Shown one piece after another: positions 27,653-37,004 of a DNA stretch of 64,000 nucleotides. The position numbers and the translations under genes are program-made. Below the pieces are notes generated by a model, which worked only from the letters and a program-made list of their open reading frames with translations, did no database searches and had not been told where the DNA came from. Each line of letters begins with the position of its first letter. Position 1 is the stretch's first letter. Source of the DNA: Candidatus Methylomirabilota bacterium (lineage in GTDB: Bacteria > Methylomirabilota > Methylomirabilia > Rokubacteriales > CSP1-6); NCBI GenBank assembly GCA_035709005.1, contig DASTFB010000132.1, forward strand, positions 33,737-97,736. Direction: 5' to 3'.

Positions 27653-30006
27653 GACGGGACGAGGTAGACGAGGGTGAAGATGGCGATCCAGACGATGTCG
27701 ACGAAATGCCAGTAGAGCCCGGCCACTTCTACCTTGACGGCGTCCTTCGCGCCGAGCCGACCACGCAGGTCCAGGACCAGCAGCGAGCACAGCCAGACCA
27801 CTCCCAGGGCCACATGCGCCCCGTGGAAGCCAGTGAGTACGAAGAACGTCGATCCGAAGAGGTTCCGGCTGAGCGTGAGCCCCTCGTGCACGAAGTGGGT
27901 GAACTCGTAGGCCTGGAACCCCAGGAAGATGATGCCGAAGAGGGCCGTGCCGGCCAGCCACAGGCGGGCCTGGATCCGATCGTCCCGCTGGACGGCGCCC
28001 AGGGCCAGCACCATGAGGAGGCTGGACATCAGCAGATCGAAGGTGCTGAGCGTGGTGAGGGGGATGTTGAGGATTTCGTCGGGATAGGGCCCGATGACGC
28101 TGCCCCCTCGGTAGGCCATGTACGTCGCGATCAGGGTGCCGAAGAACAGGCACTCGGATCCGAGGAAGGTCCACATCCCCACCTTGCGATGGTCGACGCC
28201 GAGGGCGCCCGTCTGGTCGACGTAGAGGGGGTCACCGTGATGCTGCAGCGTGAAGCGGAAGGCACCGCACACGGTCACCAGCGCCCCCGCCAGCACGACG
28301 CCCACGTGGATCAGCGCGCCCGCGGCCGCCACGCCCACGCCCAGCGCGGTCAGCAGCGGCCAGCCTGAAGGCGCCGGCAGGTGGAGGTCGTGGCTCGCCG
28401 CCGGCGGGGCCAGCGGCGGCCGCCGGGGGCCGTACTTCTCCCGCCAGAACGTGTCGCGACCGTAGATCGGCGGGACGGTATCGAAGTTGTGAGCCGGCGG
28501 CGGGGACGGGATCCGCCATTCCAGGGTTCGCCCGTCCCACGGATCGGCGGGGGCCCGTTGGCCCCGGCGCAGGCTGACAAGCGCGTTGAGGATGAAGAGC
28601 AGCACGGCCACCGCGATGCCGAAGGCGCCGATCGAAGAGACCAGATTCCACAGCGACCAGCCGGCCCCCTCGGGGTACGTGAAGATCCGGCGGGGCATGC
28701 CCACGGCGCCCAGGTAGTGCTGGGGGAAGAAGGCGACGTTGAAGGCGAGGAAGAGCGTCCAGAACTGCCAGCGTCCCCAGCGCTCGTCGAGCAGGCGTCC
28801 GGTCATCTTCGGCCACCAGTAGTAGGCGCCGGCGAAGAGCCCGAAGAGACTGCCCCCGATGAGCACGTAGTGCAGGTGCGCGACGACGAAATAGCTGTCG
28901 GTCTGCTGCAGGTCCACGGGCGGCGACGAGTGCATGATGCCGCTGAGCCCGCCGATGGTGAAGGAGGCGATCAGTCCGGCCGCGAAGTGCAAGGCCGTCG
29001 TGGGCCGGATGCTCCCGCCCCAGAGGGTGGCCAGCCAGTTGAAGATCTTCACGCCGGTGGGGATGGCGATGAGCATGGTGGCGATCGAGAACGCGGTGTC
29101 GGCGATGGGCCCCATCCCCGCCGCGAACATGTGGTGACTCCACACCCCGAAGCCGAAGAAGCCGATGAGCACGCCGGAATAGATCACGACGGGAGCGCCG
29201 AACAGGGGCTTCCGGGCGAAGGTCGGCAACACCTCGGAGACGATGCCGAAGGCGGGCAGGATGAGGATGTACACCTCGGGGTGGCCGAAGATCCAGAACA
29301 GGTGCTGCCAGAGGTGGAGGTCGCCGCCCGCCGTCACGTCGTAGAACCGGGTGCCGAAGAACCGGTCGAACATGAGGAAGATCAGCCCCACCGTGATGGG
29401 TGGAAAGGCGAGCAGGATGAGGAACTGCACGACCAGGGTCATCCACACGAACACCGGCATGCGCATGAGGGTCAGGCCCGGCGCTCGCATATTGAGAATC
29501 GTGACGACGAAGTTCACGGCGGCGATCAGGGAGGACACCCCCAGCACCTGCAGGCTGAGCAGCCAGAAATCCACGCCGGCCGTGGGCGAGAACGGCCGCA
29601 GGGTGAGATTGGCGTAGCCGAACCAGCCGACATCGGGCGGCGTGCCGGCCAGGAAGCTGGCGTTGAGGAGCAGCCCGCCGGCCAGGAAGAGCCAGTAGGA
29701 CAGGGCGTTGAGCCGGGGGAAGGCCACGTCGCGGGCCCCGATCATCAGCGGCACCAGGTAGTTGAAGAAGGCGGCGTTCAGCGGCATGACGGCCAGGAAG
29801 ACCATCGTGGTGCCGTGCATGGTGAACAGCGCGTTGAAGGCCTCGGCGCTGACCACCGTGTTGCCGGGGGCGGCCAGTTGCAGCCGGATGAGCAGGGCCT
29901 CGATCCCGCCGATCACCAGGAACACGACAGCCGACACCCCGTAGAGGATGCCGATGCGCTTGTGGTCGACGGTGGTAAGCCAGAGGATCAGCGAACGTCG
30001 GCTCAC
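27649..30006 (-). CDS. ctaD: Cytochrome c oxidase subunit I fused to subunit III (785 aa)
   Basis: Subunit I heme and CuB ligands (GHPEVYILILP, WAHHMF-type motifs), followed by a roughly 200-aa subunit-III-like C-terminus. Confidence 0.9.
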   Translation of the reverse strand: MSRRSLILWLTTVDHKRIGILYGVSAVVFLVIGGIEALLIRLQLAAPGNTVVSAEAFNALFTMHGTTMVFLAVMPLNAAFFNYLVPLMIGARDVAFPRLNALSYWLFLAGGLLLNASFLAGTPPDVGWFGYANLTLRPFSPTAGVDFWLLSLQVLGVSSLIAAVNFVVTILNMRAPGLTLMRMPVFVWMTLVVQFLILLAFPPITVGLIFLMFDRFFGTRFYDVTAGGDLHLWQHLFWIFGHPEVYILILPAFGIVSEVLPTFARKPLFGAPVVIYSGVLIGFFGFGVWSHHMFAAGMGPIADTAFSIATMLIAIPTGVKIFNWLATLWGGSIRPTTALHFAAGLIASFTIGGLSGIMHSSPPVDLQQTDSYFVVAHLHYVLIGGSLFGLFAGAYYWWPKMTGRLLDERWGRWQFWTLFLAFNVAFFPQHYLGAVGMPRRIFTYPEGAGWSLWNLVSSIGAFGIAVAVLLFILNALVSLRRGQRAPADPWDGRTLEWRIPSPPPAHNFDTVPPIYGRDTFWREKYGPRRPPLAPPAASHDLHLPAPSGWPLLTALGVGVAAAGALIHVGVVLAGALVTVCGAFRFTLQHHGDPLYVDQTGALGVDHRKVGMWTFLGSECLFFGTLIATYMAYRGGSVIGPYPDEILNIPLTTLSTFDLLMSSLLMVLALGAVQRDDRIQARLWLAGTALFGIIFLGFQAYEFTHFVHEGLTLSRNLFGSTFFVLTGFHGAHVALGVVWLCSLLVLDLRGRLGAKDAVKVEVAGLYWHFVDIVWIAIFTLVYLVPS

Positions 30007-31007
30007 TACTTCAGGCTCAACAGGTAGGCCGCCAGAGCGCGGGCCTCGGGCTCGCCGAGCCCCAGATCGGGCATCTTGACGGCGGGCTTGAGGGCGGCGG
30101 GGTCACGCAGCCAGGCTACGAGGTTGTCGGGGGTGTTCGGCAGCAGCCCGGCGCCCAGCGTGGTCCGGCTTCCGAAGTGGGTGAGGTCGGGGCCGAGCAC
30201 GCCGACCGATACTCCCTGGATGGTATGGCAGCCCACGCACGCGCTCCGGGCGTAGATGGCCTTGCCTTCGGCCGCCTCACCGGCGGGTTCGGCCGGCGGG
30301 GCCTGCTGCGCGGCGACCCAGCGGTCGAACGCCGCCGGTTCCTGCACGATGACCCGCAGGCCCATCAGGGCGTGAGAGGCTCCACAGAACTCCGCGCACT
30401 GCCCGGGATATTCGCCGGGCGTCTCGGGCGTCAGCGTGATGTGAAGCCGTCGCCCGGGAACGACGTCGCGCTTGCCGCCGAGGCGGGGCACCCAGAAGGA
30501 GTGGATGACGTCGGGACCTTCCAGGAGCAGCACGGCCGGACGGCCCGCCGGAAGGTGCAGCTCGTTGGCCGTCACCACCTTCAGGGACGGGTAGTGAAAT
30601 TCCCACCACCACTGCCGACCGCGGACCGTGACCTCCAGGGCGCCGGAGGGCGCCGGTCGACTGGTCTGGAAGATCACCTGAATGGTGGGAATGGCGATGA
30701 CCAGCAGCACCACGGCCGGGGCGATGGTCCAGGCGATCTCCAGCGCGGTGTGCCCGCGGACCTGCCGCGGTGTCGGCCGGTCCGGGCGAGCCCGGAAGCG
30801 AAGCAGCACCCACACCAGGACGACCGAGACCACCGCGGCGATGCCGAGGCTGGCCCATGTAATGATGGCGTACACGTCGAGGATCGCGCGGGCGAAGTCC
30901 GAGTCCGCAACCAGTGTGGAGCGCGGTCCGTCCCAGGCGCAGCCGCCGACGAGGACGAGCAGCACGGCCGGAGCGCGGCGCAGACAGCGGTGCGCGCGAG
31001 AGCCCAT
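30006..31007 (-). CDS. ctaC: Cytochrome c oxidase subunit II with a C-terminal cytochrome c domain (caa3-type); lipoprotein signal
   Basis: CuA motif (HSFWVP..CAEFCGASHALM) and CVGCH heme c. The likely start is an internal Met followed by a lipobox (LVGGC). Confidence 0.85.
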   Translation of the reverse strand: MGSRAHRCLRRAPAVLLVLVGGCAWDGPRSTLVADSDFARAILDVYAIITWASLGIAAVVSVVLVWVLLRFRARPDRPTPRQVRGHTALEIAWTIAPAVVLLVIAIPTIQVIFQTSRPAPSGALEVTVRGRQWWWEFHYPSLKVVTANELHLPAGRPAVLLLEGPDVIHSFWVPRLGGKRDVVPGRRLHITLTPETPGEYPGQCAEFCGASHALMGLRVIVQEPAAFDRWVAAQQAPPAEPAGEAAEGKAIYARSACVGCHTIQGVSVGVLGPDLTHFGSRTTLGAGLLPNTPDNLVAWLRDPAALKPAVKMPDLGLGEPEARALAAYLLSLK

Positions 31008-31168
31008 GGCTATGCGGGTCACGATACCGACCGGGGGCTGGCCCCGCAAGCCCGCGAGGATCCCACTTCCTTGCAGTTGAAGCCAACCCGGGCGATGCTC
31101 TCGGGCTGCCACCCTCATGCACGAGAGCTCGACCGACACGATCAACGGGTCTGGGCGAGGAGGCCACC

Positions 31169-31486
31169 ATGCTGGCGATGTGGGTCAAGGTTCGCATCAA
31201 GCCCGAAGGACGAGAGCGCTTCCTGAAGGCGATCGAAGTAGACGCGCTCGGATCGGAACGCGACGAGCCCGGTTGCGCGCGCTTCAACGTCCTGCAGGAC
31301 GCTCAGGACGAGAACGTCTACTATTTCTACGAGGTCTACAAGGACGAGGCTGCCCTCGAGGTCCATCGGAAGACGCCCCACTATGCCGTGTGGCGTGAGG
31401 CGGCCGATACGCTGGATGGCCCGACCCAGGCGACCCGCTGCGCCACAGTCTTTCCGACCGCTGACGCCTACTGGCGCAAGCGGTAG
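31169..31486 (+). CDS. Antibiotic-biosynthesis-monooxygenase (ABM) domain protein
   Basis: 105 aa (MLAMWVKVRIKPEGRERFLKAIE..). AGGAGG lies 7 nt upstream. Confidence 0.75.
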   Translation: MLAMWVKVRIKPEGRERFLKAIEVDALGSERDEPGCARFNVLQDAQDENVYYFYEVYKDEAALEVHRKTPHYAVWREAADTLDGPTQATRCATVFPTADAYWRKR

Positions 31487-31505
31487 CAAACCGGAGTCGA
31501 GCCCG

Positions 31506-33428
31506 CTAGGGCAGCGGGATATTGAACGCCCTGGACAAGCCGTAGGCCGTGGCCGTGACCGCCGCCGCATAGGGCACCAGCAGCCAGCGTAGATTCGTGC
31601 GCATCCACAGCATGACCGAAAGATAGGCGCCGAGCGCCGGCAAGAAGCCGACGAACGGAAGGGCCGCCAGACCCGCGCCGAGCAACGCGAGCTGGACCAC
31701 CTCGCTGTGTGGCGGCCACGGGCTGTCGGGCGTTCGACGACGCAGGTGCCCGAACAGGAGCGCCAGCGCCGCCAGGAAGCCGGGGACGGCAGCCAGCAAC
31801 GGGACCAGCCGGCTGTCGGGCGCGAAGTCGAAGCTGCGGACGATGGCCGCCCCCAGCGCCAGGGCGGCGCCCAGGGCCAACAGGAGATCCAGGCCGAGCC
31901 GGATGCCGAGCCCGCCGGCGGGCGCGGCCGCCGCCGGGACGGCGGGGCGGGCCGCCGCCCTCGTCTTGCTGCCGGCCAGCGCGCGTCTGAACGTGACCGC
32001 GATATGAATGACGACGACGACGATCAAGGCGATGACGACCGGCCCCCGCAGCCAGCTCCAGCCGTGCAACTGATAGGCGAGCCAGAAGTTGCGCTCGATG
32101 GGTTCGGTGAGCACGAAGCCCACCAGCAACGGCGCCCGCGGCCACTGAGCGCGCTTCATCAGCCAGCCCAGGACGCCGAACCCGAACAGGGCGGCGAAGT
32201 CCAGCACGTTCTTCTTGATCTCGAACGAGCCGAGCAGGATCACCGCGATGAGCGGGGCGGCCACCAGGCCGAACTCGATCCGCGTGATGCGGGCGATCCA
32301 GGGACTGGCCGCGAAACAGAGGGCGGCCCCCAGCACGGCGGCGAGGGCGCTGGACCAGACGATCAGGAACATCAGATCGAGGTTCATCTGGACGAAGCGC
32401 GGCCCCGGGTAGTAGCCGTAGACGAACAGGGCCCCCAGGAACACCGCGGCGGCCGGTCCTCCGGGAACGGCGAACAGCAGAGTTGGAACGAGGTCGGTGG
32501 TGATGGTGGCGTTGTTGGCGCCCTCGGCGGCGAGCATGCCGCGGGGGTCGCCCTTGCCGATCATCGACTTGTCTCGAGCCGTCGACACCGCCTGGCCATA
32601 GGCGATCCACGTCGAGGCCGAAGCGCCGACGGCGGGGATGACGCCGAACACGACGCCGATTACCGAGCCCATGGCCACGACCTGCCAGTGGCGGATGACG
32701 TCGCGCACGCCCTCGGCCCAGCCGGACAGCTTGAAGCGCTGCTGGGCGATGGCCCCGCCCTGGCCCAGCATCACGATCACCTCGGCGACGCCGAACAGAC
32801 CGAGGGCGACGATGGTGAGCGCGAACCCGTCGAGCAGATACGGTGAGCCGAAGGTGTAGCGCAGCTCGGGCGCCGAGGGCGCGACGCCGACCGTGCCGAG
32901 CAGGAGGCCGAGGGTGGCGGCCAGGATGCCTTTCGTCGGGCTGTCGCCCACCAGGCCGCTCGCATAGGCGAGGCCGACGATCGCCAGCATCAAGAGCTCG
33001 CCCGTGCCGAGGGCGAGCACGAGGGGGCCGGCGATCGGGATGGCCAGCGTGAGCACGAACGCGCCGATCAACCCGCCGATCATCGACGCGAGAAAGGCGC
33101 CGCCGAGAGCCCGCCCGGCTTCACCCCGGCGGGCCATGGCGAAGCCTTCGATGGCGGTGGGACCGGAAGACGCGGACGTCGGGGTGCCGAACAGTACCGC
33201 GGCGATGGTGTCGGAGGTGTAGACGACGCCCGTCGCGCCGAGCAGCACGGCCAGCCCCGAGAACGGGTCCATGGTGAGCACGAAGGGCAACAGGATCGAG
33301 ACGGCGCCGATGCCGCCCAGGCCCGGCATCATCCCGATGATGCCGCCCGCCAGCAGGCCGATCATGAGCATGCCCAGGCGGTGGGGATCGGCGAAGGCGA
33401 CCAGCGCGGTGCCAGCCTCCTGCCACAT
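31506..33428 (-). CDS. tctA: Tripartite tricarboxylate transporter TctA permease with a TctB-like C-terminal extension
   Basis: 640 aa. The first roughly 490 aa are TctA-like. After an Ala/Pro linker, about 140 aa carry 4 predicted transmembrane helices ending ..NIPLP, resembling TctB. Confidence 0.75.
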   Translation of the reverse strand: MWQEAGTALVAFADPHRLGMLMIGLLAGGIIGMMPGLGGIGAVSILLPFVLTMDPFSGLAVLLGATGVVYTSDTIAAVLFGTPTSASSGPTAIEGFAMARRGEAGRALGGAFLASMIGGLIGAFVLTLAIPIAGPLVLALGTGELLMLAIVGLAYASGLVGDSPTKGILAATLGLLLGTVGVAPSAPELRYTFGSPYLLDGFALTIVALGLFGVAEVIVMLGQGGAIAQQRFKLSGWAEGVRDVIRHWQVVAMGSVIGVVFGVIPAVGASASTWIAYGQAVSTARDKSMIGKGDPRGMLAAEGANNATITTDLVPTLLFAVPGGPAAAVFLGALFVYGYYPGPRFVQMNLDLMFLIVWSSALAAVLGAALCFAASPWIARITRIEFGLVAAPLIAVILLGSFEIKKNVLDFAALFGFGVLGWLMKRAQWPRAPLLVGFVLTEPIERNFWLAYQLHGWSWLRGPVVIALIVVVVIHIAVTFRRALAGSKTRAAARPAVPAAAAPAGGLGIRLGLDLLLALGAALALGAAIVRSFDFAPDSRLVPLLAAVPGFLAALALLFGHLRRRTPDSPWPPHSEVVQLALLGAGLAALPFVGFLPALGAYLSVMLWMRTNLRWLLVPYAAAVTATAYGLSRAFNIPLP

Positions 33429-33509
33429 CAGATCGGATCCGGCGCCCTCATGCCTCGAGCCGCGTCTCGAAGCATGAGGGCGATCGCGGCGCCACCGCCA
33501 CCGGGGGGA

Positions 33510-34610
33510 TCAGAGCTTGACGTTGTACTTTTTGGTCAGAAGCTCGCGGAGATACGTGCTGACCTCGGGGCTGGGCGACAGCGCTTTCTTGACCCCCGGC
33601 TCGACCTTCTTCCCCGCCTGCAGCGGATAGCCGCCGGTGACCTTCTTGCCTTTTTCGTGGAACTCGGGATCGGCATTGGTCTTGGCGGCCGCGATGGCGA
33701 AGGCGTCGATCGCCGCCGGCGGCGTGCCGGCCGGCATCCAGCCGATGATGCCGGCTTCGAACGTGAGCGCCGAGGCGGCCTGGAACGCGCCCCACACGGG
33801 GCCGCCGGGCTCCTTGCCGCGCAGCTGTTTGTAGACCTCGTACACGGACGGCAGGTCCTTCACCACGAGATCGCGCGCGGTGAAATTGCCGTCGGCGTCG
33901 GAGGACCCGCCGGTGAACAGCGGCACGGCCTTCTTGGCGTCCACCAGGGCGCGCACCTGGGTGAGATAGACGGAGGTGAACTGGAAGTCGAAATTGGTCT
34001 CGCCGCGCTCGAAGGCCAGTCGGATCGGGCCGCGACCGGGGAACCCGAGGACGGTCTTGATCGGCAGCTCCAGCAACTCGAAGGCCAGCAGCACCGGCAG
34101 ATCGCTGCCGGTCGCGGCGATGCCGCCGTAGACCAGGGGCACCTTCGGCTTCAGGAGGTCCGCGGGCGTCTGGATGCCGGTCGCCGGCGACGCGTAGACG
34201 ACCGGTCCGATCCCGATCGAATAGGCGATGCGCTTGTTGGCGAGGTTGTAGGCGACGCCCTTCTGCTTGAACATGAAGGGGAACGCGGTCGACGAGGTGG
34301 TGGAAAGGATGAGCAGGCCGTCGTCCTTGCCCTGCTTCTCGAAATGGTTGGCCCCCAGGATCGAGCCACCGCCGGGCATGGTGGTGACGTTGAAGGTCGG
34401 ATTGCCGGGGACGTGCTTGCTCAGAAACGGCGTCACGAAGCGGGTGGTGACCTCGCCGGCGCCGCCGGGCGCGAACGGCACGATCACGTCGATGGTCTTG
34501 CCGGCATAGAAATCGGCGGCGCGGGCGTACCGGGTCGGCCCCAGCGCGGCGGCGATCGTGGCGGCCGCGCCGGCGGCCAGCACCTCGCGACGGCTCGGAT
34601 GTGCGTTCAT
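33510..34610 (-). CDS. tctC: Tripartite tricarboxylate transporter substrate-binding protein (TctC/Bug family), Tat signal
   Basis: From the internal Met MNAHPSRREVLAAGAA.. Bug-family fold. Confidence 0.85.
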   Translation of the reverse strand: MNAHPSRREVLAAGAAATIAAALGPTRYARAADFYAGKTIDVIVPFAPGGAGEVTTRFVTPFLSKHVPGNPTFNVTTMPGGGSILGANHFEKQGKDDGLLILSTTSSTAFPFMFKQKGVAYNLANKRIAYSIGIGPVVYASPATGIQTPADLLKPKVPLVYGGIAATGSDLPVLLAFELLELPIKTVLGFPGRGPIRLAFERGETNFDFQFTSVYLTQVRALVDAKKAVPLFTGGSSDADGNFTARDLVVKDLPSVYEVYKQLRGKEPGGPVWGAFQAASALTFEAGIIGWMPAGTPPAAIDAFAIAAAKTNADPEFHEKGKKVTGGYPLQAGKKVEPGVKKALSPSPEVSTYLRELLTKKYNVKL

Positions 34611-34727
34611 GCGTTCTCCTTTCCTGGGATGCGGTGGCGTTTGGCCGGCGGCGGTCAGCGTAACCCGAAGGGGGGATGCCTGGCCAGCGCCCCACCCGGC
34701 GCCGGGCCAGACCCCGTGGACCATCGT

Positions 34728-35966
34728 TCAGCCGGCCAGGGCCAGCAGCGTATGGAGCAGCACGTTGGCCCCGCGCTCGATGTCCACGGCCTCGCTGGTC
34801 TCGTCCACCCGGTGGCTGCGGCCACCCTTCGAGGGAATGAAGATCATCCCCGCGTCGGTGATCCGGGCCAGGTTCTGGGCGTCGTGCCCGGCCGCCGAGT
34901 ACAGGCGCTGGGCTTTGAGCCCGAGCCGGTCGCAGGCCGTCTCGGCAGCCGCCATGACACGCTCCGCGAAGGACGTTGGTGCCGTGGCGGACAGCGGTCG
35001 GATCTCGACCCCGATTCCGCGCGTGCTGGCCACGGCCGTGGCCAGCGCCTCGACCGCCGGGGTCAGACGCGCGAGCACGCCGGGATCGGGGTCGCGCATC
35101 TCGTGGATCAGCTCCGTCCGCCCCGGCACGACATTGGCAGCGCCGGGATAAACCGCGACATAGCCGATGTTGCTGACGGTCACCGGGCTGCCGTCCGTGG
35201 TGATCAGCGCCCGCGCCTGCAGGGCGAAATCGGCGGCGGCCAGGAAGGCATCTCGCCGCCGGTCCATCGGCGTGGTCCCGGCGTGGTCGGCCTGGCCGCT
35301 GAACACGATGCGCGCCCGGCGCACCCCGACGATCCTGTCCACGATGCCGATGTGGAGGCCGGCCTCCTCGAGTCGCGCTCCTTGCTCGATGTGCAGCTCC
35401 ACGTAGGCGGCCACCGAGCCGGCGGGCGCCCGGGCTTCCGGGGCATGGAGGGCGTCGAACCCAGCGCGCCGCATCGCGTCCACCAGGCGATCGCCGTCGA
35501 GCGAGGCCAGGTCGGGAATGCGAGCCACATCGAGATTCCCCGCGAACGCCCGCGAGCCGAAGAGGCTTCCGTAACGCCCCTCCTCGTCGCTCCACGCCGC
35601 CACAGCCAGCGGGCGGGCGGGGCGAATTCCGGCCTCGCGCACGGTTTGCAGGCACTCGAGCCCGGCGATGACTCCGAGGGCTCCGTCGAGGGTCCCCCCC
35701 TCGGGAACGGTATCGATATGCGAGCCGGTGACGATCACCGGGTGGTCCGCCTGGAAGCTTCGGGCCCCCAGACCACCGAAGGTGTTGCCGGCGGGGTCGA
35801 TCCACGCTTCCAGCCCGGCGCTTCGTATCTCGGCCACCAACCAGGCCCGCGCGGCCTCGTGGGCGGGGCTCCACGCGGCGCGGCTCACCCCGCCGCCGGG
35901 CAGGGCGCCGAAGCCGGCCAGGGCACGCAGGCGAGAGTCGAGCCGCGAGGCGCAGACGTGGGTCAC
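34728..35966 (-). CDS. M20-family Zn-dependent amidohydrolase (allantoate amidohydrolase / N-carbamoyl-amino-acid hydrolase type)
   Basis: 412 aa (TGSHIDTVPEGG..DGALG; EEGRYG..). Confidence 0.8.
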   Translation of the reverse strand: MTHVCASRLDSRLRALAGFGALPGGGVSRAAWSPAHEAARAWLVAEIRSAGLEAWIDPAGNTFGGLGARSFQADHPVIVTGSHIDTVPEGGTLDGALGVIAGLECLQTVREAGIRPARPLAVAAWSDEEGRYGSLFGSRAFAGNLDVARIPDLASLDGDRLVDAMRRAGFDALHAPEARAPAGSVAAYVELHIEQGARLEEAGLHIGIVDRIVGVRRARIVFSGQADHAGTTPMDRRRDAFLAAADFALQARALITTDGSPVTVSNIGYVAVYPGAANVVPGRTELIHEMRDPDPGVLARLTPAVEALATAVASTRGIGVEIRPLSATAPTSFAERVMAAAETACDRLGLKAQRLYSAAGHDAQNLARITDAGMIFIPSKGGRSHRVDETSEAVDIERGANVLLHTLLALAG

Positions 35967-35992
35967 GCCGCGGCAGTATACGCCCGGACGCC
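35963..35992. promoter_or_regulatory. Conserved 30-nt block CACGSCGSGGCAGTATACGCCNNGACGCCG, site 1, containing the palindrome GGCAGTATACGCC; adjacent to TTGACT-N16-TATAGC
   Basis: 26 of 30 positions are identical to site 3. It lies in the divergent region between the M20 amidase gene and the amidohydrolase-2 gene. Confidence 0.5.
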
Positions 35993-36049
35993 GCTTGACT
36001 CACGGGGCGCCGTCCTCTATAGCGGCCGTGAGCAGACCGGGAGGCGACC

Positions 36050-36880
36050 ATGCTGATCGTCGATTCGCAGATCCACATCTGGCAGAACGCCAGGATGAGC
36101 GCTCACCATCGCCAGATCCCGACCTATTCGGTCGATGACGCGCTGGCCGAGATGGCCGGGGCCGGCGTCGATGGCGCGGTCATCCATCCGCCGAGCGCTT
36201 TGGGCGAGCCGGTCAACGCGCTCGCCGTCGAGGCGGTCCGCCTGCATCCCGACAAGTTCTGCATCCTCGGGCATTTCGACCTCCAGAGCCCGGATCGCGA
36301 GACCATCGTGGCTCGGTGGCGCGAGCGGCCCGGCATGCTCGGCTTTCGCTTCACCTTCAACCAGCCCCACCAGAAGGCCTGGTGGACCGACGGCTCGCTC
36401 GACTGGTTCTGGGCGGCGGCGGAGAAGGCCCAGCTGCCCGTGGGGCTCCTGGCCGGGGGCAACATGGCGGCCCTGGCGAAGATCGCCGAGCGGCATCCGG
36501 GCTTGAAGCTCCACATCGACCACCTCGGGCGCCATGGCGGCGGCAGCGGGCTGAAGGACGACGCGGCCTTCGCCGATCTCAAAGACACCCTGGCGCTCGC
36601 CCGGTTCCCCCACGTCGCGATCAAGATGTCGGGCGCGCCCAGCTATTCGAGCCAGCCCTATCCGTACCGAAACATCCACGACTACCTGCGCCAGATCTTC
36701 GAGGCGTTCGGTCCCGAGCGCTCGTTCTGGGGCACCGACATCACCCGTATGCCCTGTTCGTACCGGCAATGCGTGACGATGTTCACCGAGGAGCTGCCGT
36801 GGCTCCGGGGCCGCGACCTCGAGCGGGTGATGGGCGGCGCCATCGTCGACTGGCTCGGCTGGAAACGCCCCGCCGCCTGA
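36050..36880 (+). CDS. Amidohydrolase-2 family (TIM-barrel metal-dependent hydrolase/decarboxylase)
   Basis: 276 aa starting MLIVDSQIHIW.. with a metal-ligand pattern. Confidence 0.75.
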   Translation: MLIVDSQIHIWQNARMSAHHRQIPTYSVDDALAEMAGAGVDGAVIHPPSALGEPVNALAVEAVRLHPDKFCILGHFDLQSPDRETIVARWRERPGMLGFRFTFNQPHQKAWWTDGSLDWFWAAAEKAQLPVGLLAGGNMAALAKIAERHPGLKLHIDHLGRHGGGSGLKDDAAFADLKDTLALARFPHVAIKMSGAPSYSSQPYPYRNIHDYLRQIFEAFGPERSFWGTDITRMPCSYRQCVTMFTEELPWLRGRDLERVMGGAIVDWLGWKRPAA

Positions 36881-37004
36881 GCGCCCGCTGGCGGCGCGGG
36901 ACGGCGTTCAGGGCATCACCGCGCCTGTGTCGACGTTCCAGGCGCGGACCGCTCTCACCCTCGCCGAGTAGGTCTTTCCGGGGGTGCGGCAGGGCTGAAT
37001 CGCG

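Noticed and set aside
28232-36078. Large antisense or alternative-frame ORFs over the oxidase and tct / amidase genes (for example 28381..30027 and 33381..36056)
   Set aside because: They overlap strongly supported genes on the other strand or in another frame. Their composition is R/G/P-biased.
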